Shown here one piece after another: positions 28,985 to 38,401 of a stretch of DNA of 64,000 bases. Position 1 is the stretch's first letter. Every line of letters begins with the position of its first letter. The translations under genes and the position numbers were made by a program. The DNA is from Candidatus Cloacimonadales bacterium (lineage in GTDB: Bacteria; Cloacimonadota; Cloacimonadia; Cloacimonadales; JAIOQZ01), in NCBI GenBank assembly GCA_963662655.2, contig CAXXTU010000002.1, positions 1,216,001 to 1,280,000 on the forward strand, in the 5' to 3' direction. The notes beneath the pieces are model-generated. The model ran no database searches, had not been told where the DNA came from, and saw only the letters and a list, made by a program, of their open reading frames with translations.

Positions 28985-31726
28985 ATGGCCAAAAGCGTCA
29001 GAAAGTATATCAGCTTGAATGTCAAGATCGCACTCCTTTTCTCTATCATGCTTTTGTTCTTTATTGTATTCAATGCAATATCTTACTTCGTGCTCAAGAC
29101 AAACATCGACAAAGGCGTTGAGAAGGAGTTGAAGAACGCGACTGACAATACCTTGAAGCTTGCGGAGCACGCCGTAAACGCAACAATCAGAAATTACCTC
29201 CGGGCCATTGCGGAAAAAAATCGGGATATCGTGCGCGATTTCGACAACAGGATGAGAAGCGGCGAGCTCTCCAAAGAAAAGGGGATGAAGGAATTGCGCG
29301 ATGTCTTACTCTCTCAGAAGATTGGCGATACAGGCTACATCTTTGTCTGGGACATCTCAGAAGCTCCGGAGAGACTACCTCTCGTTATCCACCCAATTAT
29401 TGAAAACAGCGACCTCAGTCCCTACCCCTTTGCGCAGGACGCCGCCATCCTCAAGGACGGATATCTGGAGTACGACTGGAAGAATCCCGACGATCCACTC
29501 CCGAGGAAAAAAGCGGTTTACCTTTCTTACTACGAACCCTGGAACTGGGTGATTGTCGCTTCGTCTTACCGGGAAGAATTCCACAAGCTGATCAACATCG
29601 ACGATTTCAACGAGATCATTTCCTCCCAGCGCTTTGGAGATACCGGCTACACGATCATCATCGATTACGACGGCAATATCATTTATCATCCCTACATGAA
29701 GGGAAATCAAATTGTCTTTACCGATGATAACGGACTTCCTATCGTTAAAAAATTCGTTGAACAGAAGCAGGGATTTCTCGAGTACGTTATCAGGGATCCC
29801 AACAGTAACGAACGCCAAAAGAAAATGGCATACTTCAACGACTACCCTGAGCTTCGATGGGTCGTGATTTCGTCGGGCTATCGCTCGGAATTCAATTCTC
29901 CCCTCAAGCTTCTGCTATTTACACTGCTGCTGTCAATCTTCTCGTCGCTGATCATTTTCACGGCGTTCTTCATATGGTCCCGCAGGACAATCATCGAACC
30001 TGTACGTGAACTGGAAGACGCTTTCGAGAAAGGCTCGAACGGAGACCTCGCAGTGCGCATCCCCGTGAAGCTCAGCAACGAGATTTACCTACTTGCCGAA
30101 TATTTCAACCACTTCATGCAGTCCCTTCAGGTGAAGCATGAAGAGATCGAAGAGGAGAGCCGCAAGCTGAGGATCGCAGAGGCAATGCACAAATCGGCAA
30201 GCGAGTATCTGGACAACATCGTCAACTCGCTCGATACGCCACTGATCACGGTTCGCTCCGACGGTTCGATCGCGCAATGGAACCATCCCGCCTATCTTTT
30301 CACGCAGATACCTGCCGACGAGGCGCAGGACAAGAACTACCTGGAATGCCTTCCCTTCCTCAAGAACAGCATCAAACACTTCGAGCAAGCGCTTAAAACA
30401 GACACACGTCGTGAAATAACTTTCCAGACCATCTACAAAGAGAAGGAGAAATTCCTTCAGGTTATCTATAATCCACTTCTGTTCAACGGAGTGCGAGGCA
30501 TCGTCATTCGCATCAACGACATCACGGAGACCAAGATCAAAGACATCCAGCTCCGGCAAGCTCAGAAAATGGAAATTATCGGCAATCTCGCCGGCGGTCT
30601 GGCACACGATTTCAACAACATCCTCGGCGGCATCACCGGTACGGTCTCCCTGATCGATTACGTTATGAAGAACGGCCAACTCGACGAAGAAAAACTGAAG
30701 ATTTATATCGAAATCATCAGCCAGTCGGCCATCAGAGCCAAGGAAGTGGTGGAGCAGCTCCTGACGATATCGAGGAAGCGGGAAGTCGACTTCAAGACGA
30801 TCAATATCCGCAAGTCGATCGACAATGTCCTGCAAGTCTGCCGATCGACGTTCGATAAATCGATCAACATCGAAGTCGATCTTCCCAGAGATAAGTATCT
30901 GTGTAGGGCCGAATCGACGCAGATCGAGCAAGCGCTGCTCAACCTCTTCGTGAATGCTTCTCACGCCATGACGATCATGAGAAAATCTACAGAGCATCAT
31001 GGAGGGACACTTTCGATCGGGATTTCCGAGATTTACAGCGATTCCTACTTTGTCGAAACCCACCCGGAAGCGCAGCAGATCAAGTACTGGCGCATCTCTG
31101 TCAGCGACACCGGTGTAGGGATGGACTCGAGAACCGTTTCCAAGATTTTCGAGCCGTTCTTCTCCTTGAAGAGTCATATCAAGGGTTCCGGCTTGGGACT
31201 CTCGATGGTGTACAATATTATCCGCCAGCACGAGGGCTTCATCGACGTTTACTCCGAAATCGGTGTTGGAACCGTGTTCAACCTGTTCTTGCCGGCTGTC
31301 TTTGAAGGTGAAACCCGGGAAGAGGCCACAGAGACGATCAGAGAGGCGATTATCAAAGGATCCGGTCTGATCCTGGTTGTGGACGATAACGATATCATCC
31401 GCAAGACCGCCCACGACATCCTGATCGCTTGTGGCTACGATGTCATCTTCGCCGAGGATGGAGCGATTGGCGTTGAAGTGTATCGAGCGCGCCAGGAGGA
31501 AATCACCGCGGTCATCATGGACATGGTGATGCCGAACAAGTCGGGGCGAGAAGCGTTTATCGAGATCAAGGAGATCAATCCTGATGTAAAAGTAGCGATT
31601 GCTTCGGGTTACCGCATGGATTTGCGTGTCCAGGAGGTGCTGGATGCAGGGGCAAAGCTGTTTATCCAGAAGCCGTTCACGCTCAGTGAGCTATCCGAAG
31701 CTGTGCACAAGCTGATTACCGAATGA
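28985..31726 (+). CDS. Hybrid sensor histidine kinase (Cache-HAMP-PAS-HisKA-HATPase-REC)
   Basis: Two TM helices flank Cache-like domains. Motifs LAGGLAHDFNN, DTGVG, FEPFFS and GSGLGL, and a receiver (VVDD...MDMVMP...KP). ATG 28985 follows AAGGAG. Confidence 0.92.
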   Translation: MAKSVRKYISLNVKIALLFSIMLLFFIVFNAISYFVLKTNIDKGVEKELKNATDNTLKLAEHAVNATIRNYLRAIAEKNRDIVRDFDNRMRSGELSKEKGMKELRDVLLSQKIGDTGYIFVWDISEAPERLPLVIHPIIENSDLSPYPFAQDAAILKDGYLEYDWKNPDDPLPRKKAVYLSYYEPWNWVIVASSYREEFHKLINIDDFNEIISSQRFGDTGYTIIIDYDGNIIYHPYMKGNQIVFTDDNGLPIVKKFVEQKQGFLEYVIRDPNSNERQKKMAYFNDYPELRWVVISSGYRSEFNSPLKLLLFTLLLSIFSSLIIFTAFFIWSRRTIIEPVRELEDAFEKGSNGDLAVRIPVKLSNEIYLLAEYFNHFMQSLQVKHEEIEEESRKLRIAEAMHKSASEYLDNIVNSLDTPLITVRSDGSIAQWNHPAYLFTQIPADEAQDKNYLECLPFLKNSIKHFEQALKTDTRREITFQTIYKEKEKFLQVIYNPLLFNGVRGIVIRINDITETKIKDIQLRQAQKMEIIGNLAGGLAHDFNNILGGITGTVSLIDYVMKNGQLDEEKLKIYIEIISQSAIRAKEVVEQLLTISRKREVDFKTINIRKSIDNVLQVCRSTFDKSINIEVDLPRDKYLCRAESTQIEQALLNLFVNASHAMTIMRKSTEHHGGTLSIGISEIYSDSYFVETHPEAQQIKYWRISVSDTGVGMDSRTVSKIFEPFFSLKSHIKGSGLGLSMVYNIIRQHEGFIDVYSEIGVGTVFNLFLPAVFEGETREEATETIREAIIKGSGLILVVDDNDIIRKTAHDILIACGYDVIFAEDGAIGVEVYRARQEEITAVIMDMVMPNKSGREAFIEIKEINPDVKVAIASGYRMDLRVQEVLDAGAKLFIQKPFTLSELSEAVHKLITE

Positions 31727-31845
31727 TTTTTAACGATCCTGCCCTGGCGTTATCAAGCGCTAATGTGCTCGCTGGCTCTTTTTTTTCTTGCCATATCAAA
31801 TCATCGTCATTTTCTTACTTATAGAAATACCTGTTAGGGGGAAGA

Positions 31846-32949
31846 ATGTTGAAACGTGTATTAGTTGTTACGGGCGGAGGGGATTGCCCGGGACTTAATG
31901 CTGTGATTCGCGGTATCGTCAAGCGAGCGAGCATGGAAGACGGATGGGAAATCCTCGGTAGTATAGAAGCTTACAATGGCGTTCTGAGGGAGCCCATGGA
32001 GATCGTTCATCTGGATAAATCTCGTGTTGCGGGAATCCACGTGAAAGGTGGAACGATTATCCGCACCACGAACAAGGGCGGTCCATACGCGTGGCCAATC
32101 CAGAATCAGGATGGCTCTTGGACGACTGTCGATCGCTCCGACGAATTGATCCGCAAATTGCAGTATCAGAATATCAACGCGGTCATCAGCATCGGTGGCG
32201 ACGGCTCGCAAAGGATATCGCAAGCCTTGTACGAGAAAGGTCTCAACGTTGTCGGCGTCCCCAAGACCATCGACAACGATCTCGCCAGCACCGATTTCAC
32301 ATTCGGATTTCAAACTGCGATGGAGATCGCAACGGACGCCGTGGATAAGCTCGTCTCGACCGCCGAGAGTCACAACCGCACCATGATCCTCGAGGTGATG
32401 GGGCGTGACGCAGGCTGGATCGCGCTTTACGCCGCGATCGCAGGTGGAGCGGAGATTTGCCTCATCCCCGAGATTCCCTACAACATCGAGATGATTCGCG
32501 ACCGGATACGCAGTCGTTACGAGCGCGGACGCGGTTTCGTGAACATCGTTATCGCCGAGGGAGCGATGCCCGAAGGCGGAAGCGTCGTCGGCGAGAAAAG
32601 CAACGAAGTTGGATACGAAAATTTCAGGCTGGGGGGAGCCGGGATGCGGCTGATGCAGGAGCTCAAAGAAGCCGGACTTGAAGTCGATATGCGTGTGTCG
32701 ATCCTTGGGCATTTGCAACGCGGCGGATCGCCATGCGCGTTTGATCGCGTGCTTGCAACCCAGTTTGGCGTGAAGGCGTTCGAGCTGGTGATGCAACAGA
32801 AGTGGGGGCACATGGTCGCCTACCGGAACCAGGACATTATCGCGGTTCCGCTTAAAGAGGCAATCGCCAAGTACAACTATATCGGCATGGACTCGAACAT
32901 CCTGCAGACGGCTCGAGGGCTCGATATCTGTCTGGGAAACAATCCGTAA
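31846..32949 (+). CDS. pfkA: 6-phosphofructokinase (PfkA family, group III-like)
   Basis: Motifs TGGGDCPGLNA, GGDGS, PKTIDND, EVMGR and LGHLQRGG. Confidence 0.93.
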   Translation: MLKRVLVVTGGGDCPGLNAVIRGIVKRASMEDGWEILGSIEAYNGVLREPMEIVHLDKSRVAGIHVKGGTIIRTTNKGGPYAWPIQNQDGSWTTVDRSDELIRKLQYQNINAVISIGGDGSQRISQALYEKGLNVVGVPKTIDNDLASTDFTFGFQTAMEIATDAVDKLVSTAESHNRTMILEVMGRDAGWIALYAAIAGGAEICLIPEIPYNIEMIRDRIRSRYERGRGFVNIVIAEGAMPEGGSVVGEKSNEVGYENFRLGGAGMRLMQELKEAGLEVDMRVSILGHLQRGGSPCAFDRVLATQFGVKAFELVMQQKWGHMVAYRNQDIIAVPLKEAIAKYNYIGMDSNILQTARGLDICLGNNP

Positions 32950-32974
32950 GCGATACGAATTTAGTTAGCGATAG

Positions 32975-33006
32975 AAAAGGGAGCGATGGTCGTCGCTCCC
33001 TTATTG
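32975..33006. terminator. Bidirectional terminator between pfk and bamA
   Basis: Stem AAGGGAGCGA...TCGCTCCCTT between convergent genes. Confidence 0.8.
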
Positions 33007-33031
33007 TTTTTATGCTTGCTGCTAGATTTGA

Positions 33032-35269
33032 TTAGAATGTGTATCCCAACTGGAAGTGCGGCTCCCAGTCGTCGCGATCGAAGTTATAAGCATAATCGAA
33101 TCCGATCAGGCCCAACGGGCTGCGTAAACGAAGCCCCAGACCGCCGCCTTTCTTCAGGTTCCAGAAATTGAACTCGTCAATCGCGTCATAGCTGTCGCCG
33201 GCGTCGAAGAAGAACAAACCGATGATCTCGTCGCCAGCCAGCGGGAAGGCGTACTCGGCGGAGAAGATGATCTCCCTGTGACCGCCGTCGGTTGGCCCAA
33301 TCGAGCGGTCGGAGTATCCGCGAATACCGTCGGAGCCCGTGCCTCCGAGGTAGAATCTCTCTTCAGGCGGAACCTCGTCCGAGCGACCGTACTTGGTTAC
33401 ATAACCCATACGAACCTTGGTTCGGAGCACAAACTCCCAGAAGGTCTTCAGGTAATAGCGAAACTCCATGATGTTCTTGTAGTAATCGAAATCACCCTGG
33501 AGCGCGCCACCCGCAAGTTCCTGATAGATGGTGAACTGCGTACCGGTTGTCGGGAAGAATACGTTGTCGCGGCTGTCGCGGCTGAACGTCAGATACACGT
33601 TACTGTTGTACTGCCAGTCTTTCGCTTCCAGGTTCTTGATGGTCGTGGAATAGGAATCGTCGCGGTCGATGATCGTGTATTTCTTGGAAGATAGCGAGTA
33701 ACCGAGTGTTACCTTTGCGAAATCGAGGAACGGCACGTTGTGCCCGACGCGCACCGAACCGCCGTTGGTGCGTACCTCGAAGTTGGATGAGGTATAATCT
33801 TTCTCCGTGCGGTACAGGCTCATACCGCCGGATGTGTAGGTATCGAACAGGTACGGATCGGTCAGGTTCAGCTCGAAATCCTGCGTGTACTTACCGAACT
33901 CGTATTGGAAGCTCGCCTGGTACGCGCTGCCGAAGAGGTTGTTGTGCGATACCGCGAGCTGCCCGACGAATTTATCGGTGCTGTTATACCCCACACCGCC
34001 GTTGGCTGTTCCCGAATGCTTGTCGTTCACGTTCAGGATCAGGTCGATATCGCCGTTCTCGTTGATCTGGCGCCAATCCGGGTACATATCCGGCTCGAAG
34101 AATCCGAGGTTGTATATATTCCGCTGCGACTGGATCAGCTTGGAGCGCTGGAAGTAGTCTCCGGGGCTGATCGCGAGCTGCCTGCGAATGATCTTCTCTT
34201 TGGTGGTGCGATTGCCACTGATGTGAATTTTGTGGATTCTCGCGCGGGTGTTTTCCTGAATCTTCACATGGATATCCACGTAGTTGCCACGCTTCTCGAG
34301 CGTCTCGTCGAACTGCGAATAGATATAACCTTCTTCGTAATACATCGAGCTGAGATTCATGAGCTGCTCTTCGTAGTATTCGCGGTCGAAAACCTCGTCC
34401 TCCATGAAGTCGAACTGGGAAATGAGCACTTCGTCGGTGAAACGCTCGTTGCCTTCGACACTCACGTCGCCGAACATGAACTGCTCGCCCTCGTAGAGGA
34501 ATATGTCGATATACATGTATTCTTCTTCGAGGATGTTGGTTTCCCAGGAGATGATACGGGCGTCGATGTACCCGCGTATGCTGTAGAAGCTGATGATTTT
34601 CTCGAGGTCGTCATCGAACTTCTGCTGATCGAATTTACCGGAGTAGAACAGGCTTTTCTGCTTCGTGTCCGCCATCTCGTGACGCAGACGTCCAGAGGGA
34701 ATTTCCTTGTTACCGTGGAAATGGATTTTCTTGATTCGGATCTCGGAACCTTCATCGATCATGACGTTGACGGCCACGCGATTGTTGTCCAGAGGTTTAG
34801 CTTCGAACTCGATCTTCGCGAAGTGATACCCTTTTTCCTGGTACTCCTCAAAGATGTGTTGCCGCGTCTCCGACATGAGGTATGGCGACCAGTAGCTTCC
34901 TTTTCGCAGGGTGACGACTTCTTCGAAATCGTCTTCGTCGAGCTCGTCGTATCCTTCGTAGGTCACTTCATCCACGATGGGAAACTCTTCCAGCCGGATC
35001 AGGAGCTCAACGCCGCCTTCGACTTCCTCGCCCTCAACCACGATGTTGTTGAACACGCCCAACTGGTATAGATTCTTGATTGAGTTCGCTACTTCATCCG
35101 CTGTGAGGAAATCACCCAGCTTGAGTGTGACCACCGAAAAGATCAGTTCCGAATCGATATTTTGATTCCCCTCGAGACGAATATCCATGATTACGTTTTC
35201 GCCAACGCCGAACAATCCCGTAAGAACCGTCAGCAGTAACATTGCAAGCAGTATGTGCTTGAAGTTCAT
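33032..35269 (-). CDS. bamA: Outer membrane protein assembly factor BamA
   Basis: Signal peptide, POTRA repeats (I.GN..T...IRR), FYLGG...IRGY and a C-terminal barrel ending FQLGYTF. Confidence 0.94.
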   Translation of the reverse strand: MNFKHILLAMLLLTVLTGLFGVGENVIMDIRLEGNQNIDSELIFSVVTLKLGDFLTADEVANSIKNLYQLGVFNNIVVEGEEVEGGVELLIRLEEFPIVDEVTYEGYDELDEDDFEEVVTLRKGSYWSPYLMSETRQHIFEEYQEKGYHFAKIEFEAKPLDNNRVAVNVMIDEGSEIRIKKIHFHGNKEIPSGRLRHEMADTKQKSLFYSGKFDQQKFDDDLEKIISFYSIRGYIDARIISWETNILEEEYMYIDIFLYEGEQFMFGDVSVEGNERFTDEVLISQFDFMEDEVFDREYYEEQLMNLSSMYYEEGYIYSQFDETLEKRGNYVDIHVKIQENTRARIHKIHISGNRTTKEKIIRRQLAISPGDYFQRSKLIQSQRNIYNLGFFEPDMYPDWRQINENGDIDLILNVNDKHSGTANGGVGYNSTDKFVGQLAVSHNNLFGSAYQASFQYEFGKYTQDFELNLTDPYLFDTYTSGGMSLYRTEKDYTSSNFEVRTNGGSVRVGHNVPFLDFAKVTLGYSLSSKKYTIIDRDDSYSTTIKNLEAKDWQYNSNVYLTFSRDSRDNVFFPTTGTQFTIYQELAGGALQGDFDYYKNIMEFRYYLKTFWEFVLRTKVRMGYVTKYGRSDEVPPEERFYLGGTGSDGIRGYSDRSIGPTDGGHREIIFSAEYAFPLAGDEIIGLFFFDAGDSYDAIDEFNFWNLKKGGGLGLRLRSPLGLIGFDYAYNFDRDDWEPHFQLGYTF

Positions 35270-35516
35270 TCAACCTCCGATAATCAATACAATAAACCAC
35301 GTCATAACGTACGGATATGGTTTCAGAGTAAAGCTTTTTTTCGTATTCCTGCAGGTCAAGCGATTCTTGAATGGTCTGAATACAAGCCTTACAGAGAACA
35401 CAACGGATTCCGTTACCATTTGTAACACCCCAATTACGAGGGACGCGTTCGATTCTAATAATCTGCGAAAAATTTCTTGACCGGAATACCTCTATTGTAA
35501 AGGTTGTTTCCGACGT

Positions 35517-35592
35517 GGGGCATTAGCTCAGCTGGGAGAGCGCCACACTGGCAGTGTGGAGGTCAGCGGTTCGATCCCGCTATGCTCCACCA
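35517..35592 (+). tRNA. tRNA-Ala(GGC)
   Basis: 76-nt cloverleaf with acceptor GGGGCAT/ATGCTCC (G3:U70), anticodon arm CCACA-CTGGCAG-TGTGG, T-loop GGTTCGATCCC and encoded CCA. Confidence 0.97.
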
Positions 35593-35739
35593 TTTTTGTA
35601 TCCAAACGACAAACTTAATCGCATCTTAATATTTGAGCGCTGCCGATCATCTTACCTGCAATATCAAGCTACCCAGCATGAGCCACGAAAAAGCCCGAGT
35701 CGTTTCCAACCCGGGCGCAATGAACTTCCAGAATGTATT

Positions 35740-36384
35740 CTATATCTTGTCTCTGAGGTCGGCGCAGTACTTCTGCAGACACTCGTCGATGACTTTTTTA
35801 TACTTGCTGTTCGCGGCAACCTGAGTAGCCCTCTTCTGGAATCCTTCGACTTTGATCGTCCTCTTTGCGGGAGCTTCGATATTCAGTGTTGTTTTCACTT
35901 CCATGTTGAGCCATATCGAACCGCCGGAAATTCTCCAGAACCAGAACTTGTCTATGTCCACATCGATAATTTCGGTGTCTGGTTTGACATCCTGTTCATT
36001 TTGCAAAACCGTGTATCCCATGTTGTAAAAGGTATTCTCGATCATGTCTTTCATGAGAGATTGAACTGTCGTCCCATCCTCCAGCAACCAGCAGCCGGTA
36101 TTTTTGCCAAAACCCCTCTTCTTGCGGCCGAACACACGAGACTTCTCCTCTTCAGTAACAAGCATTTTCCCGTCTCGCACAATGGAAGGCACTTCAGGAA
36201 GCATTGAATCGTCTTCAAAGTATCGTGCATCGTTTACGGTTCTGATAAACACCGTTTTCCCGTTTTTCTCGACGCTGCTCTTCTTTTGCGAATAATCCAT
36301 TTGCATGCTCGAGTGGGAAGACGCACATCCCGTGAACAGAAGTACGAACAACCCTAAGCCCATCAATGTCAACATTCTTTTCAT
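35740..36384 (-). CDS. Uncharacterised lipoprotein (YajG-like)
   Basis: Lipobox LFTG-C and the 'V.I..V.D.R' pattern. Confidence 0.7.
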   Translation of the reverse strand: MKRMLTLMGLGLFVLLFTGCASSHSSMQMDYSQKKSSVEKNGKTVFIRTVNDARYFEDDSMLPEVPSIVRDGKMLVTEEEKSRVFGRKKRGFGKNTGCWLLEDGTTVQSLMKDMIENTFYNMGYTVLQNEQDVKPDTEIIDVDIDKFWFWRISGGSIWLNMEVKTTLNIEAPAKRTIKVEGFQKRATQVAANSKYKKVIDECLQKYCADLRDKI

Positions 36385-36560
36385 CTTGAATCCTCTCTTT
36401 CCTTGGTATAATTCTGAATTGCATTTATAAAATCATATTAGGGGTCGAGGATTAATCTCTGTCAAGCAAATCGGGATATAGCGATTATTCAGGAGTACCC
36501 CTATAATTATCACGCCATGAAAGCCTATAGTTCTAATTTGCAACAAAATACCTATGCTTG

Positions 36561-36720
36561 CCGTCTGAATTGGAGGCAGTTATCCACAGTGTGTCATCCT
36601 GAGCTGTAGGTTTCACGAAATGATAACCTGGATCACCCATAGAGTCTAAGGACACTGTGGATAACATCGATCGATAATCATCGAACCAAGATTACACAGA
36701 AAAATGGGAGTATTCCAATA
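36561..36720 (+). repeat. Dispersed ~160-bp repeat with inverted DnaA boxes, copy 1
   Basis: Aligns with the reverse complement of 55465-55622. Carries TTATCCACA (36580-36588) and TGTGGATAA (36656-36664). Confidence 0.85.
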
Positions 36721-36793
36721 TAGCGATAATTTTCTTGACAAATCAATCGAATGAAATAAAAGTATTGTATCAAATTTCCAAGGAGGAACGATT

Positions 36794-36832
36794 ATGCAAA
36801 AGAATTCAGAACACACAGGAGTAGCAATCTAA
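36794..36832 (+). CDS. Candidate 12-aa leader peptide MQKNSEHTGVAI
   Basis: AGGAGG (36781-36786) lies 7 nt before the ATG, downstream of TTGACA (36735-36740). Confidence 0.45.
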   Translation: MQKNSEHTGVAI

Positions 36833-36905
36833 CCGAAGATCGGACTTCCTTACCCAAAGACATATAAACACACTCGGTAACAACCGTCGTGTAACATATT
36901 GCATG

Positions 36906-36992
36906 GGGAAACCGGTCTTCCCGGCTGGTTTCCCTTTTTTCATGATAAACATTATGGAGCCTGCGAACCGGCTGGAACGCGGGCTCTTTTTT
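36906..36992 (+). terminator. Two tandem intrinsic terminators upstream of the RIO kinase gene
   Basis: GGGAAACCGGTC/GGCTGGTTTCCC plus T6, then GAGCCTGCG/CGCGGGCTC plus T6. Confidence 0.75.
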
Positions 36993-37173
36993 ATCCGGAA
37001 GGGGCGTTTGGAACCCCAGACAGTCAAGTAATACGATTTCCCGATAGTACAACCACAAATGGAAAATGATCCATCGGGACATCGTTCCCAGAGAACCATT
37101 TCCGCATCCTTTATCTCTCTGATTCAGGAATCGTCAAAGCGGAAATGGTATAACAGCAATTTCCGGAGAATGT

Positions 37174-37944
37174 ATGTCAATCGACAATATCATGAAAACC
37201 GATCTCATGCGGTATGAGGAATCCTGCGAGGATTTCATCAACGAGGGGCTGATCACCGACTTCGTCCGCGTCGTCAAGAAAGGCAAAGAGGCTGTGGTGG
37301 TCTGCTGCAAGGCGCACGAGAGCCTCAATATGGATTATATCGCGCTCAAGCTGTACCGCGAACGCAAGTATCGCAACTTCCGCAACGACAGCATCTATCA
37401 GGAAGGGAAGATATGGGACCAGCGCGCGCTGCGAGCCATCAAGAAGAACACGGAGACCGGAATGCAGGCGGAACGCTCCGTCTGGGTGAGAACCGAGTAC
37501 GAAGCGCTCGACCTCCTATTCGACCTCGGACTGAATGTTCCCGAGCCTGTCGCGCACACCGAAGATGCAGTCGCGATGGCGTTCATCGGTGACGAGGAGT
37601 ACGCCGCCCCGCTACTGAAGAGCGTTCGATTCGAAAGCCCACAAGAGGCGGAGAGATGCTTCGACAAGCTCATCGATCACGCGTGGCAGATGCTGAACAA
37701 CGGGATTGTCCACGGCGACCTCTCCCCCTTCAACATCCTCTACCACAAGGGCGAGCCTTGGATCATCGATTTCCCGCAGAGCTGTAACCCGAACGTGAAC
37801 ATCAACGGTTACGACATCTTCCTGCGAGACATCCACAACCTCTGCAACTTCTTCGAGAAGCATGGCGTCCATCGCGACGCGAACGAGCTCACGATGCAGA
37901 TATGGGAGCCGGTGTACGGCCCAACCCTGAGCATGGGACTGTGA
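37174..37944 (+). CDS. RIO1-family atypical serine/threonine kinase
   Basis: Motifs GKEAVV, ALKLYR, WVRTEY, VPEP, VHGDLSPFNIL and IIDFPQ. Confidence 0.92.
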   Translation: MSIDNIMKTDLMRYEESCEDFINEGLITDFVRVVKKGKEAVVVCCKAHESLNMDYIALKLYRERKYRNFRNDSIYQEGKIWDQRALRAIKKNTETGMQAERSVWVRTEYEALDLLFDLGLNVPEPVAHTEDAVAMAFIGDEEYAAPLLKSVRFESPQEAERCFDKLIDHAWQMLNNGIVHGDLSPFNILYHKGEPWIIDFPQSCNPNVNINGYDIFLRDIHNLCNFFEKHGVHRDANELTMQIWEPVYGPTLSMGL

Positions 37945-37954
37945 AGACGATTTC

Positions 37955-37985
37955 AGGCCGGAGTGTCATCGCTCCGGCCTGTTTT
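37955..37985 (+). terminator. Intrinsic terminator
   Basis: Stem CAGGCCGGAG...CTCCGGCCTG followed by TTTT. Confidence 0.75.
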
Positions 37986-38401
37986 CTCACGACCATAATC
38001 GTTTTATCCCACCCCCGATTCAGCTAGAGGACGTGTTTTAACTTCGCAAAACACACAATATCAGAATCACAGATGCCCGGTATTGCTCTTACGGTTTAGC
38101 TGAGCCTTACGAATAGAGGTTCCAGTGATTGCGTTGACGCCACCACCCTGTAATACTGCGTTTCCAAGGCAGGAACCGGCCAAATCCAGCTCATCCGCCC
38201 TAGTTAACGTCCTACGAAATGTATCAAAAGTGGTTCCACTTTTACATGATGGATATCTGTCCAAACTAACGGTGCCACTTCTGATTGTGAGTTTCTGCTG
38301 ATGTCCCTTTCTAACAAAGCCCGAGATATTTAAGGGATTTTCATTGCATCGGAACAGAATGTGCATAATTTGTAGGTAACTACTTCATAAGGGGTTCTGC
38401 G

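Noticed and set aside
28969..28987. Match to the T7 gene 10/pET ribosome binding site (TAAGAAGGAGATATACAT)
   Set aside because: It is a short match with no T7 promoter, lac operator or other vector sequence, and it serves as the natural RBS of the kinase gene.
1051..35071. Long antisense or overlapping ORFs (for example 1615-2742, 2827-4110, 6052-7182, 30089-31414, 33905-35071)
   Set aside because: They are shadow frames of well-supported genes, expected from the codon bias, and show no protein motifs.
36580..36664. oriC
   Set aside because: Only two DnaA boxes are present, the unit is duplicated 19 kb away, and there is no dnaA/dnaN context or obvious unwinding element.
38067..38366. 99-aa minus-strand ORF upstream of the giant gene
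   Set aside because: It has no recognisable motif or clear RBS and overlaps the probable promoter region.
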